From an uncultured delta proteobacterium (GTDB taxonomy: Bacteria; Desulfobacterota; BSN033; UBA1163): 64,000 nt of DNA. The notes beneath the pieces are model-generated. The model was not told where the DNA came from, made no database searches, and saw nothing but the letters and a program-made list of their open reading frames with translations. Below, in pieces: positions 42,321 to 51,243 of the stretch. Both the position numbers and the translations under genes were made by a program. The stretch's first letter is position 1, and each line of letters opens with the position of its first letter. The stretch covers positions 672,001 through 736,000 of the forward strand of contig CAVPSJ010000004.1 of the NCBI GenBank assembly GCA_963708295.1. The letters run 5' to 3'.

Positions 42321-42563
42321 GGTAGTGGGTCAGTTTGGGTCGCGAATGCCCATACGGAGCCGAGGGTGGTCTGGTCCCCCCGGAGCGGTTCAGGGGCGCT
42401 TCCTTCTTTGTTGAAAGACTTCTCACATCCTAAGTCATGAGATCGTCAGTGGAATGCACGAAGGACCATCCCCCGGACCTATGAATACAACCGCCCTTCT
42501 GAAACGCGAGGAGGAATAGGCCACCCTCGGCTCGTTCCTGCGGGCGGAAACTGACCCATTACC
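42321..42563. mobile_element. MITE family C, copy 1
   Basis: 16-bp TIRs GGTAGTGGGTCAGTTT / AAACTGACCCATTACC; 8-bp TSD CAAGGATC/CAAGGCTC; near-identical to 57634-57874. Confidence 0.85.
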
Positions 42564-42578
42564 CAAGGCTCGTGGACA

Positions 42579-42629
42579 TTGACAGAGGTAGGATTATTTG
42601 TTAACCTTATTTTTCGATTTGGTTGACAA
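42579..42629 (+). promoter_or_regulatory. bioY promoter overlapped by a BirA operator
   Basis: TTGACA-N17-TAACCT; TTGTTAACC-N14-GGTTGACAA at 42598-42629. Confidence 0.8.
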
Positions 42630-42645
42630 TAAACACACGCTCCCT

Positions 42646-43200
42646 ATGCCGATTGAAAAACTGAGACGGATTGTCTTCGCCTCCCTTATGGCTGCTTTGA
42701 CTGCGGTCGGAGCTTATATCTATGTTCCCATCGGGCCGGTGCCCATTGTTCTCTCCACCCTCTTCGCGATTCTCAGCGGCCTTCTCCTGGGCAGTCGATG
42801 GGGCCTCACCAGCATGGCTCTTTACCTCCTGGTAGGAGCGATCGGAATCCCCGTTTTCGCGGGAGGCAAAGGAGGATTTGCTCACTTCTTAGGCCCAACG
42901 GGCGGTTACCTTTTTGGTTACCTTTGGGCTTCCTGGATTACTGGTTTCATTTCGGAACACTCACGTGGCCGGATGACCCTGGATATTCTTGCCGTCGTCG
43001 TAGGATCGCTTACGATCTACGCCTTTGGGGTCCCCTGGCTTAAAATGGTTACCCAAATGTCCTGGCAAAAGGCATGGATAGCGGGCGCGCTGCCCTTTCT
43101 CATCGGTGACGCAATCAAGGCTTGCGTTGTTGTCATCTTGGCCCGTTCTGTTCGACCAATGTTAAACCGCCTCTTCCAATCTCCCTCTCCTGATTCCTAG
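42646..43200 (+). CDS. bioY: biotin ECF transporter S component
   Basis: GPVPI, GIPVFAGG, GPTGGYL, PFLIGD. Confidence 0.93.
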   Translation: MPIEKLRRIVFASLMAALTAVGAYIYVPIGPVPIVLSTLFAILSGLLLGSRWGLTSMALYLLVGAIGIPVFAGGKGGFAHFLGPTGGYLFGYLWASWITGFISEHSRGRMTLDILAVVVGSLTIYAFGVPWLKMVTQMSWQKAWIAGALPFLIGDAIKACVVVILARSVRPMLNRLFQSPSPDS

Positions 43201-43210
43201 AGAAAGTACG

Positions 43211-43954
43211 ATGATCGAGATCCGAAACCTCCATTATCAATATCCTGACGGGACCCATGCGTTGAAAGATATCAATCTCACGATTTCAGAAGGCGAATTT
43301 CTTCTCGTCTGCGGTCCCAACGGGAGCGGTAAAACGACCCTCATCCGGCTTATCAGCAGTCTATTAAAACCTACTGCGGGCTCGGTTCATATCAAGGGTC
43401 AGGACATTCTCCATCCTACCAAGGAAAGGCGTACGCTGGTGGGCATGGTATTTCAAGATCCTGATAGTCAAATCGTCGGAGAAACAGTAAGGGAAGATGT
43501 TGCGTTCGGCCCTGAGAATATGGGGCTCCCGGTCGAGGAAATAATGAAACGGGTAGATTGGGCGCTGGGTGTTATGGGCCTTAAGAATCTTTCAGAAAAA
43601 CCTTGTTATCTTCTTTCGGGTGGGGAAAAAAGACGACTTGCCATTGCCGGGGTGCTTGCGATGAGACCCCAGGTGATTCTCTTTGACGAGCCTTTTTCTT
43701 TCTTAGACTATCCTGGGATTCGAGAAGTGCTGAAACACATGGTTCGCTTAAATCGAGAAGGACATACGATAGTGATCACCACCCATGATGTGGAGAAGGT
43801 GATCGCCCACGTGGATCGCATTGCCGTTATCCATGGCGGAGAACTCAAAATAGCAGGACCTCCAGAGGAGCTTCTTACAAAACTGCCCAATTTCGGAATC
43901 CGGCCTCCCTGCTATGCCCTTCTCGGGAGGGAAAAAATTTCATGGCTCGAATAG
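43211..43954 (+). CDS. bioM: ECF transporter ATPase (BioM/EcfA)
   Basis: GPNGSGKT, FQDPDSQ, LSGGE, FDEP. Confidence 0.85.
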   Translation: MIEIRNLHYQYPDGTHALKDINLTISEGEFLLVCGPNGSGKTTLIRLISSLLKPTAGSVHIKGQDILHPTKERRTLVGMVFQDPDSQIVGETVREDVAFGPENMGLPVEEIMKRVDWALGVMGLKNLSEKPCYLLSGGEKRRLAIAGVLAMRPQVILFDEPFSFLDYPGIREVLKHMVRLNREGHTIVITTHDVEKVIAHVDRIAVIHGGELKIAGPPEELLTKLPNFGIRPPCYALLGREKISWLE

Positions 43955-44697
43955 CCCTACACTATTTTCCCGGGCATTCTCCTCTTCATCGCTGGGATGG
44001 CCGATGCAAATTCCTCGGACTCCTGATGATCACTTTCACCCTGCTCCGATCCGACGTCCGTTGGCTTACTTTTGATTCGGTTCTCCTTATCGGCCTTCTC
44101 ATTGTATCCGGATTACCGCTCAGGCAATTTCTTCGTGACTTTCGGACTTGGATGGTCCTTCTGTTTGCTCTCTTTCTTTTTCAAGCTTTTTTCACTCCGG
44201 GGCTGCCGCTTTCTTTTTCCCCACGGCTTCCCGTGAGTCAGGAAGGGGTCCGTCTCGGAGGCTTTACCTGCTGGCGTCTCACCCTGATTCTCGGTTATGC
44301 GGTCCTCTTTACGGCAGTCACCCGTCCTCGTGAGGTTCAAGACACGTTGATCTGGGTCCTGAAGCCTTTTCCTTTTTTTCGTGGACGCCGTATTGGGCTC
44401 ATGGTTTCCCTCACCATCCGCTTCTTCTCAATCATTTTGGATCAGGCGGAAGAGGTTCGTCTCGCCCACAACGCGCGACTGGGAGACTTGAAGAAGAATC
44501 CTGTTCGCAAAGCCAAATTTCTCGCGCTTCCTCTTCTTCGGCGCTCTTTTTCCCGGGCCGAGGACGTCACGCTTGCCCTTGCGGCAAGAGGTTTTCGTGA
44601 TGATTTGCCCCTCCAGCTTCCAAAATTGCCATTCTCCCATTTGGTTCCACTTTTCTTTCTCCTTGGGTCCTTCGTCGCGCTATGGCAGCTCCATTAG
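43942..44697 (+). CDS. bioN: ECF transporter T component (BioN/EcfT)
   Basis: SPLHRWD.R.K, ARLG, AARGF. Confidence 0.85.
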   Translation: MARIALHYFPGHSPLHRWDGRCKFLGLLMITFTLLRSDVRWLTFDSVLLIGLLIVSGLPLRQFLRDFRTWMVLLFALFLFQAFFTPGLPLSFSPRLPVSQEGVRLGGFTCWRLTLILGYAVLFTAVTRPREVQDTLIWVLKPFPFFRGRRIGLMVSLTIRFFSIILDQAEEVRLAHNARLGDLKKNPVRKAKFLALPLLRRSFSRAEDVTLALAARGFRDDLPLQLPKLPFSHLVPLFFLLGSFVALWQLH

Positions 44698-44906
44698 GAG
44701 GGAAAAGACCGCGCAGGCGGACTCATCTCAGCGGTAAACTCTTCCTTCAGAAAAATGAACCCCGCCTTTTGAACAAGAGCTTCTACGGTGGAAAGCGAAG
44801 AAGAATACGGTTTTTTTCCCAAGCAAATACGATGTTTGCCTTATTCCCTTTTTTCGAGCCTTTTATATAATGGAACTCAAGTTTCAAAAATCTTGAGGAG
44901 GCTCAA

Positions 44907-45047
44907 ATGAACTGTCCTAGATGCAAGGGTGTCATGGCCTTTGAGAAATTTTACGGCCCCCATGAATGCTTTTTTGGCTGGCGATGCATCTATTGCGGAG
45001 AGATTGTGGACCAGGTCATCCTGAATAATCGAGGCTGGGAAAAATAA
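44907..45047 (+). CDS. 46-aa zinc-ribbon protein (below the ORF-track cutoff)
   Basis: SD GAGGAGG; MNCPRCKGVM...WRCIYCGEIVDQVILNNR. Confidence 0.8.
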   Translation: MNCPRCKGVMAFEKFYGPHECFFGWRCIYCGEIVDQVILNNRGWEK

Positions 45048-45081
45048 TCCTCCCAGGATCCGTACTTCTCTATTCAAAGGG

Positions 45082-45270
45082 ATGAGAATGATGAAACTCT
45101 CATGCGGACAATGGTGTCATATTCAGGAAATGCTGGCCAATTTGAAATGTCCCAGCTGTTTCAGCGCAAAGGTGAAGCTCTGCGAGGAGGAAAAGAAAGA
45201 GAACGCTCTTTGCACGGAATGTAATTGTCGATTTGAATTCAATCCAGAGCCGGCAGAAAGGTGGGATTAG
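45082..45270 (+). CDS. small Cys-rich zinc-ribbon protein
   Basis: C..WCH, CPSC, CTECNC. Confidence 0.65.
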   Translation: MRMMKLSCGQWCHIQEMLANLKCPSCFSAKVKLCEEEKKENALCTECNCRFEFNPEPAERWD

Positions 45271-45506
45271 CGAATTCAACAAAATCGAAGAATACAGTTT
45301 CTTTCCTAATAAAGCAACATCCTCAATTTCCGCTTCTTAAACCATCTCGGATCGCACTTCTTAACGAAATCATTGAACCGGATGACTTCTATTACTAAAG
45401 AGAGCCTCATCTTGTTTGTAGTTAACCAACCCTTTTGCTAAGTGAACAAATTTATTGAAGTCTATCTTCCAGAAGGCTTTTCAGACGAGCCTTGTTTTTT
45501 GCATGC

Positions 45507-45935
45507 TTAGGCCGGAACCATCTCCGGAGTGAGAAAGGAAAAGAAACCCTCTTTGAGATTCTCCCGCTCGATCTTCTGAAAGGCGCATTCTACCGCGGAC
45601 TTGACCTCTGTCAAATCAACGGGCTTCATCGCCTGATAAAAAATCCCAGCCCCCCGAAGGCGCTTTGCCAATCCGATCGATTCTTCTGACGAGATGACAA
45701 TAACCTGAATCTTCGCGTTGATATTCTTCAACAACGGGACGACATCGCAGGCTTTCACTCCTTCGATCTCATCCTCGATGAGAATGACATGAATATTCCC
45801 TTTTCGAACCCTTCGAATCATTTCGCTTATCGCTCTGGCTCTCTCAACCTTATATCCCACGCTATGGAATAAAGTAATGAGGGAGCGGTTCCAAAGATCA
45901 TCCTGATAGGCTATGAGTATGGTCTTCGATTTCAT
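45507..45935 (-). CDS. stand-alone, atypical response-regulator receiver domain
   Basis: KTILIAYQD, ILIED, IVISS, MKP; SD GGGGAGG. Confidence 0.75.
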   Translation of the reverse strand: MKSKTILIAYQDDLWNRSLITLFHSVGYKVERARAISEMIRRVRKGNIHVILIEDEIEGVKACDVVPLLKNINAKIQVIVISSEESIGLAKRLRGAGIFYQAMKPVDLTEVKSAVECAFQKIERENLKEGFFSFLTPEMVPA

Positions 45936-45959
45936 GATTACCTCCCCTACTCCGTCCTC

Positions 45960-46223
45960 TTATGCCACAGGGATGGGAATCTCAGACTTTCTTGTACGTG
46001 ATGCAGCGGCTCCGATAAGAGCGGAAATGAGAATGCCCGCCGGAATCAATTGAGCCAATACCACAACGATTCCAAAAGTAAAGAAGAACATAACTCCTAC
46101 GAGTCCTATCCCCCTGACCCCTCCCTTATAAGCAATCCCAAGAGAGAACAGGGTGACTGACATGATTAGGACCAGGCTCAAGATGGCTAAAATCTTTTTC
46201 ATTTTCAAAGACATGGCGATCAT
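45960..46223 (-). CDS. small membrane protein (QLIPA motif)
   Basis: VVLAQLIPAGIL; similar to 46243-46527. Confidence 0.7.
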   Translation of the reverse strand: MIAMSLKMKKILAILSLVLIMSVTLFSLGIAYKGGVRGIGLVGVMFFFTFGIVVVLAQLIPAGILISALIGAAASRTRKSEIPIPVA

Positions 46224-46242
46224 CTCCTTTTCTACAGTTTTC

Positions 46243-46527
46243 CTACTTTTTCACCGTTACCGCCTCGGCACCTGGAAGAATCACTTCTTCTTCGACCCTC
46301 TTCTCTTTCTTGAAAGCCATGGTGGTTGCAGTACCTACAAAGCTGAAGAAGAGAATAGCTGCCGGGATCAACTGCAGAAGAACGATAATCGATCCGATGA
46401 TGATGAAGATCCAAAGAGCTGTTCCACCTTCCTTCAGGCTGATAGACCTTGCAAAAGCTGGAGAAGCCATTAAAGCAATCAACACTGCCGTTAACCCTAC
46501 CTTTAGTCCTTTCATTGTTTTTTTCAT
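46243..46527 (-). CDS. small membrane protein with signal peptide (QLIPA motif)
   Basis: SPAFA signal; IIVLLQLIPAAILF; SD GGGAGG. Confidence 0.75.
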   Translation of the reverse strand: MKKTMKGLKVGLTAVLIALMASPAFARSISLKEGGTALWIFIIIGSIIVLLQLIPAAILFFSFVGTATTMAFKKEKRVEEEVILPGAEAVTVKK

Positions 46528-46565
46528 TTTTGATTCCTCCCTTCTTTGACGTTCAACCTGAATAA

Positions 46566-46581
46566 TGCATTTGGTATGCCA
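46566..46581 (-). promoter_or_regulatory. sigma54 (-24/-12) promoter
   Basis: TGGCATACCAAATGCA, with a very AT-rich upstream region of about 250 bp. Confidence 0.7.
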
Positions 46582-46903
46582 AGAAATGATAAATTTTATA
46601 AATATTTGATATTATTTAGTTTTTATAAATGATGAGGCATAAGAATTGACTGTTTTAGGGGCAAGATGAATATTTTGAATATTTATATTTGAGGGCTTGT
46701 CGTTTGTACTTTCTATAAGTATTTAAAATAATTAAGTTTTATATAATATAAGAAAGTTATACATATAATCTCCTAAAATATAAAAAAAACATACATCCTA
46801 TAATTGAGGTTGTCTCAGCATAAAAGTCTTTCATTTTTAAATAGTTGGCAACGGTCATTTGTTACGGGCCTATAGTTCAGAGAGGATAGCTCTCTCGCGA
46901 AAG

Positions 46904-47896
46904 TTATCCTCTCTTCAATATTTCTTCAATATCTTCCTTATAGCCCTGACTGTTTTTATCGGCGGGGATCAGATCGATCTCAGAAGGAGAAGATGCCCCT
47001 AAACCAAGCTCGACAGCCCTTGAGATCTGCTCTTGTTCAAATATCCTTGGTTTCATGATTCCTTCATTGCTTCCAAGAAATTTCAAAGTGGCTACTCCGA
47101 CGGCATCGATGGCAACCCGATCCGCAGAGGCAAGAAAAATCTCTGCCTTTACACGCTTTCCAGCCATGGGACCACCGTCCACAAAGGCATCGATCCCGTC
47201 CAGGACAACAAGAGCAGGTCTGAAGGACTCGTTTATTTCAGCGATCATCTTCCGTTGATGGGGAGAAGCATGAAGCTCTCTCATGTAATTGTACCCGTGA
47301 CGGGATGTAGGAACAACTCCAACATGAAGCTTTAGTGATAGTGTAAAGATTCCTCCATACTGGTGGGTCTTCAGGCAACAGGTGGAGACGAGGCACTCCG
47401 CATCAAGGACCGGCCGGGCAATCCGAAACCCATTGGGCCAATGACTCGTTTTAGGTTTGATGAACACCCAATCCTCATCTGCAAGATTGTCAAAGTCAAT
47501 AACCTCAACATTCAATTTATCCAGAATCGGCAAGATGCCTTTTTTCTCCATCACCTCACGGGTGGGCGGATAGCTTCTTTCTCCAAGGCTAACGGATTTT
47601 GCGCCCATGGCCCAGATCTCTTCCACCAATGCTATTAACGTATCGTTATGCGTGGAGCCGGGCGGGATATCCGCGGTGTTGAAATTGGGTTTGATCAATA
47701 CATTCTTCCCTTTGACAGGGTTAATATGGAGTGCCTTCAAAGAAGTCTTTACTCCATTTTTTCGATTGTCTGTTTTTACCAGAGCAACACGGCTTTTTAT
47801 TCTGGGCATTGCTATTCCTCCGTCCGCACTTAAAAATAAGGCTCCTCCAGCGACTCCCGTATACTTTAAGAAACCTCTTCGATTGACTTTCTTCAT
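46904..47896 (-). CDS. DUF362 domain protein with Tat signal
   Basis: NRRGFLK; IKPN, CLKTH, LSLK, DRVAID. Confidence 0.85.
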   Translation of the reverse strand: MKKVNRRGFLKYTGVAGGALFLSADGGIAMPRIKSRVALVKTDNRKNGVKTSLKALHINPVKGKNVLIKPNFNTADIPPGSTHNDTLIALVEEIWAMGAKSVSLGERSYPPTREVMEKKGILPILDKLNVEVIDFDNLADEDWVFIKPKTSHWPNGFRIARPVLDAECLVSTCCLKTHQYGGIFTLSLKLHVGVVPTSRHGYNYMRELHASPHQRKMIAEINESFRPALVVLDGIDAFVDGGPMAGKRVKAEIFLASADRVAIDAVGVATLKFLGSNEGIMKPRIFEQEQISRAVELGLGASSPSEIDLIPADKNSQGYKEDIEEILKRG

Positions 47897-47982
47897 CGCT
47901 TAAGTCTCGGGCCAAACCCTTGGACCTTCGCTCCGCCCCCAAGATGCGTTATATTAGCAACCTGCTGAAAAAGTAATTTTTG

Positions 47983-48669
47983 TCAGAGCTGTAATAAATG
48001 TCCGTTCTCTCTTAACCAGTGCCTGTGTTTTTTGTAGCCGGGGAAGACGGACTCTAAATAATTCCAGAAATTCCTGGAATGATTTTTTTCTCTAATATGG
48101 ACAAGTTCATGAATCAGGACATAGTCGATGACGGACAAAGAGCCCATGATAATTCTCCAGCTAAAAGATAACCGATTATCTCGGGAGCAAGAGCCCCATC
48201 GGAACCTGGCGCTCGTGATCTTTATCCCTTCCGGAATCAGTTGAAACCGACAGCTGTAATAATCGACCCTCTCCTTTATCCTCTCTTTCGCCTCCTTTTT
48301 GTACCAGTCACAAAAAAGATCCCTTGCTTCCGGAAGATAATCGTGATGAAGGATAAATTTGCCGAAAGCTAATCTTAGAGGAGGTCCTTGACTACCAGGC
48401 TCCTGCATTTCTAACGGATACCATTCGCCTAAATACAAGAACTTCTCTCCTGTTAGAAATTTTCTTTCTGCTTCCTTCGTCCGTTTTTCTTTTTCTGATA
48501 CTTTTTCAACGATCCATGACTGCTTTTCCTGAATGAATTTCTCTATCTCCCATTTCGGCGTGCGATGAGGAGCATAAATCACTATTTTCCCGTCCTCTTT
48601 AATATGGAGGGAAATCGTCCTTCTTCTTTTCTTGCTTTTTATCAAAGAATAACTTAGACGAGTGGCCAT
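47983..48669 (-). CDS. YgjP/DUF45 (SprT-like M48) metallopeptidase
   Basis: RWGSCS, YVLIHELVH, NHS..FW. Confidence 0.9.
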   Translation of the reverse strand: MATRLSYSLIKSKKRRRTISLHIKEDGKIVIYAPHRTPKWEIEKFIQEKQSWIVEKVSEKEKRTKEAERKFLTGEKFLYLGEWYPLEMQEPGSQGPPLRLAFGKFILHHDYLPEARDLFCDWYKKEAKERIKERVDYYSCRFQLIPEGIKITSARFRWGSCSRDNRLSFSWRIIMGSLSVIDYVLIHELVHIREKNHSRNFWNYLESVFPGYKKHRHWLRENGHLLQL

Positions 48670-48673
48670 CCTT

Positions 48674-48877
48674 TTAGGGTCCGGTGCTGTCTTGACCGTG
48701 TTTTCCTTGTCTAAGGCAGAGGCTGCATCGCGAATCGGAACACCATTGACAGAATTTACAGTCCAGGCAGTGGTGCTTCTTATCCTTATCTTCCTTTAAA
48801 CAGCAGACAAGCCCATAGGGTGTTATCTCAAACCGCACCCCGTCTTCATAGATGAATTTTTTCTTGCTTTTCTCCAT
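48674..48877 (-). CDS. small Cys-rich hypothetical protein
   Basis: HCLDCKFCQWCSDSRCSLC. Confidence 0.65.
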   Translation of the reverse strand: MEKSKKKFIYEDGVRFEITPYGLVCCLKEDKDKKHHCLDCKFCQWCSDSRCSLCLRQGKHGQDSTGP

Positions 48878-48930
48878 AGGTCAAATCAACCGTCACTTCC
48901 GTCGATGCCAAAAGAGATCCCCACCGACCG

Positions 48931-48963
48931 GAGACTGTGCCGTAATTAACGAAAAACTACTTC
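48931..48963 (+). mobile_element. MITE family A, solitary end fragment
   Basis: GAGACTGTGCCGTAATTAACGAAAAACTACTTC matches the left end of the 16894 element. Confidence 0.65.
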
Positions 48964-48980
48964 TCGTGCCCTTTCACCCC

Positions 48981-49008
48981 GCCTCTTCCCGCCCTGGCGG
49001 GAAGAGGC
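48981..49008. terminator. perfect GC-rich hairpin after the MFS gene
   Basis: GCCTCTTCCCGCC-CT-GGCGGGAAGAGGC; no clear U-tract. Confidence 0.45.
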
Positions 49009-49016
49009 ACGTTCCG

Positions 49017-50228
49017 TCAAAAGGATTGGGGCTGTCCATTCGTAGACTTTTCGATCTTCACGAGAAAGAAGGCCGTGAAGATCAGGAGCAGGACGCTACT
49101 GCTCAACCCCAAGAATACCCATCTTAACCCGAAACTCTCGGCGATGAAGCCGCAAAAGCTTGAAGCCAGTGAGCCGAAAACAAAAGATAGAAAAAAATAG
49201 ATCCCAAAGGCCGTCCCCCTCATCTCCACGGCCGTGTACTGGGCTAAGAGCGCGTTATTCATGGGCTGGAGGAAGAAGTTGAAGAAGAAAAAGAGTAAGG
49301 CAATGATCAGGAGCAGAAGATCTGTGGTGAATGACATGGCTAAGATAAACGGAAAAGAGAGGATGGGCATCAAAAGCAATTTTCTTTCCACGCGGGACTG
49401 CTGTGCCAATATTCCCCCCCCATATTGGCCAAGGACTCCCACTGCAAGCACGATGGCTGAAAGCATCCCCCCCAGGGCGACGCTATCCAGAGAAAAGAAG
49501 TGAAAGGAGGTACGCTTGGCCATATAGGCCGGGAGAAAAATAAGCGAGCCACTAAAGGAGAAGCCCTGAAACATGTTTGTCAGGTAGAGTAAAACAAGCG
49601 GCAGGGAGAAATAGGCTTTGAGGCGTCTCGGTGGGGTCTGCTGTGTTGGGACGGGTCCAGCGGTTTTCATCTCTTCCTTGGGAGACATGTCAACGAATAA
49701 GGCCCACAGGGAGAGAATGACCCCTGGAAGAGCAGACCAAAGGAAAGCCTGTCGCCATCCCAGATAAGAACCGATAAGACCCATGATAAATGGGGTTAAT
49801 GCCAATCCTATATTCCCGGCTGCTCCGTGAATCCCCAGCGCCTGTCCGTATCCTCTGACTTTCGAGGTGATCAGAGAGTTCGCCAGCGGGTGATAAATGC
49901 TTCCGAGAACACCCAGGAGGGCGAGCCCGGCGGTGAAGAGGAAAAGTCCGGACGAGATGGCCACCAGGATGACCGTGATGGCAGAACCAAGAAAGCAGAT
50001 GAGATAAAGCTTCCTGGGGCCGAGATAATTATAGATCATCCCTCCGGGAAGAGCTCCGAGCCCGTAGGTGAAGTTCATGATATTGCCGATCACTCCCAGC
50101 TCGAGGTATCCGATGGAGAACTCTTTCTGCAGGAGAAGGAGCACTGCCGGGAAGATGAGAAGATACCCGTGGCTGAGGGCATGTGAACAGCCTGTAAGGG
50201 CAACAATTATCTTTTCGTCACGCTGCAT
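49017..50228 (-). CDS. MFS transporter (Fsr-like)
   Basis: HALSH, GSIYHP, GIHGAAGN, MRGTAFG. Confidence 0.85.
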   Translation of the reverse strand: MQRDEKIIVALTGCSHALSHGYLLIFPAVLLLLQKEFSIGYLELGVIGNIMNFTYGLGALPGGMIYNYLGPRKLYLICFLGSAITVILVAISSGLFLFTAGLALLGVLGSIYHPLANSLITSKVRGYGQALGIHGAAGNIGLALTPFIMGLIGSYLGWRQAFLWSALPGVILSLWALFVDMSPKEEMKTAGPVPTQQTPPRRLKAYFSLPLVLLYLTNMFQGFSFSGSLIFLPAYMAKRTSFHFFSLDSVALGGMLSAIVLAVGVLGQYGGGILAQQSRVERKLLLMPILSFPFILAMSFTTDLLLLIIALLFFFFNFFLQPMNNALLAQYTAVEMRGTAFGIYFFLSFVFGSLASSFCGFIAESFGLRWVFLGLSSSVLLLIFTAFFLVKIEKSTNGQPQSF

Positions 50229-50302
50229 AAAACATTGGAGTAGAAATCCACCAGCAATCGTTAGTTATTCAATCAGTCCATAGTTGAATGGACGTTGAAT
50301 CG

Positions 50303-50376
50303 AAATCTCCCCTGCCCTTCCTTTTACAAAAGGGAGAGATTTCCCCTCTTTGGAAAAGAGGGGTTAGGGGAGATTT
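50303..50376. repeat. REP-like cruciform palindrome
   Basis: AAATCTCCCCT...AGGGGAGATTT enclosing two hairpins. Confidence 0.7.
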
Positions 50377-50487
50377 TCACAACAATATGTCTTTTCTATT
50401 ATAGACTCCTTAGCGAGAAGGTAAGAACCAGTGAAATAATCTCTAACTATTAGATAATTATATATATTTTTGCTGAAAAACTCGGGC

Positions 50488-50718
50488 CTACTGTTTCCCG
50501 GAGGTAGATAATTTCCTGGCAGCGAATAATGTGGCCGCGCCCAGTATAACCGCTGTCAATGCGATCATCCCGAGAAACTCGACATCAGCGAACAACAAGC
50601 CTGGCCCGTGCTGTACACGTTCAAGCAATGAGAGAATCGATGCGCCACCAGAAACAAAAGCGATCAGAAGCAGGAGACCGCCCCCAATCCATAGCCCAAT
50701 CGATATCGTTCTCTTCAT
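50488..50718 (-). CDS. small 2-TM hypothetical protein
   Basis: Hydrophobic ORF downstream of higA. Confidence 0.5.
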   Translation of the reverse strand: MKRTISIGLWIGGGLLLLIAFVSGGASILSLLERVQHGPGLLFADVEFLGMIALTAVILGAATLFAARKLSTSGKQ

Positions 50719-50758
50719 GATCACGTTCCCTACGTTCACAGCCTCTTCTAATCCAAGA

Positions 50759-51061
50759 TTATACGGCCGCCATCATTGGACGTACCTCGTGCGACACCCG
50801 TTCGGAGAGAGCATCTTCGGCTACATCCATATCATACCGGCTCTGCAAGTTAATCCAATAACGGGGATTGTGCCAAAAATAGCGCCCAAGGCGTAAAGCA
50901 AGCTCAGCTGTCACCGGACGTTTACCATTTACTACGTGGTTGATCCGCATTGCAGGCACGCCCAACTCCTGTGCGAGCCGGTATTGGGATAATTTTAACT
51001 CGCAAAGCAATTCCTTTAAATACACTCCCGGATGCACCGGTGCAATTCGATGTTTAGCCAT
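50759..51061 (-). CDS. higA: HigA antitoxin (Xre HTH)
   Basis: PVHPG..LKE, GKRPVTAELALRL, WINLQ..YD; SD AAGGAG. Confidence 0.9.
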   Translation of the reverse strand: MAKHRIAPVHPGVYLKELLCELKLSQYRLAQELGVPAMRINHVVNGKRPVTAELALRLGRYFWHNPRYWINLQSRYDMDVAEDALSERVSHEVRPMMAAV

Positions 51062-51071
51062 GATGATCTCC

Positions 51072-51190
51072 TTAGTGATAATCGACAACTTCCACCCGCT
51101 CTGCGTTTTCGTTCCGCCAAACAAAACAAATCCGCCACCGGTTGTTGATGCGGATGCTATATTGTCCTTTACGTTCCCCCTTCAAATCGA
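51072..51190 (-). pseudogene. higB: HigB toxin, 3' remnant only
   Basis: LKGERKGQYSIRINNRWRICF.W...VEVVDYH; N-terminal half absent. Confidence 0.8.
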
Positions 51191-51243
51191 TCCGTCTTAA
51201 ATCAACCCAATAGGCAGAAAAATTGACCTCTTGAAGCGATGGG

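Noticed and set aside
42321-42563. Long hairpin as 6S RNA or a riboswitch for bioY
   Set aside because: TIRs, TSDs and a second copy at an unrelated locus indicate a MITE; bioY already has a BirA operator
50735-50770. Possible integron attC between higA and the next gene
   Set aside because: Too short, with no convincing paired R/L boxes and no integrase in the window
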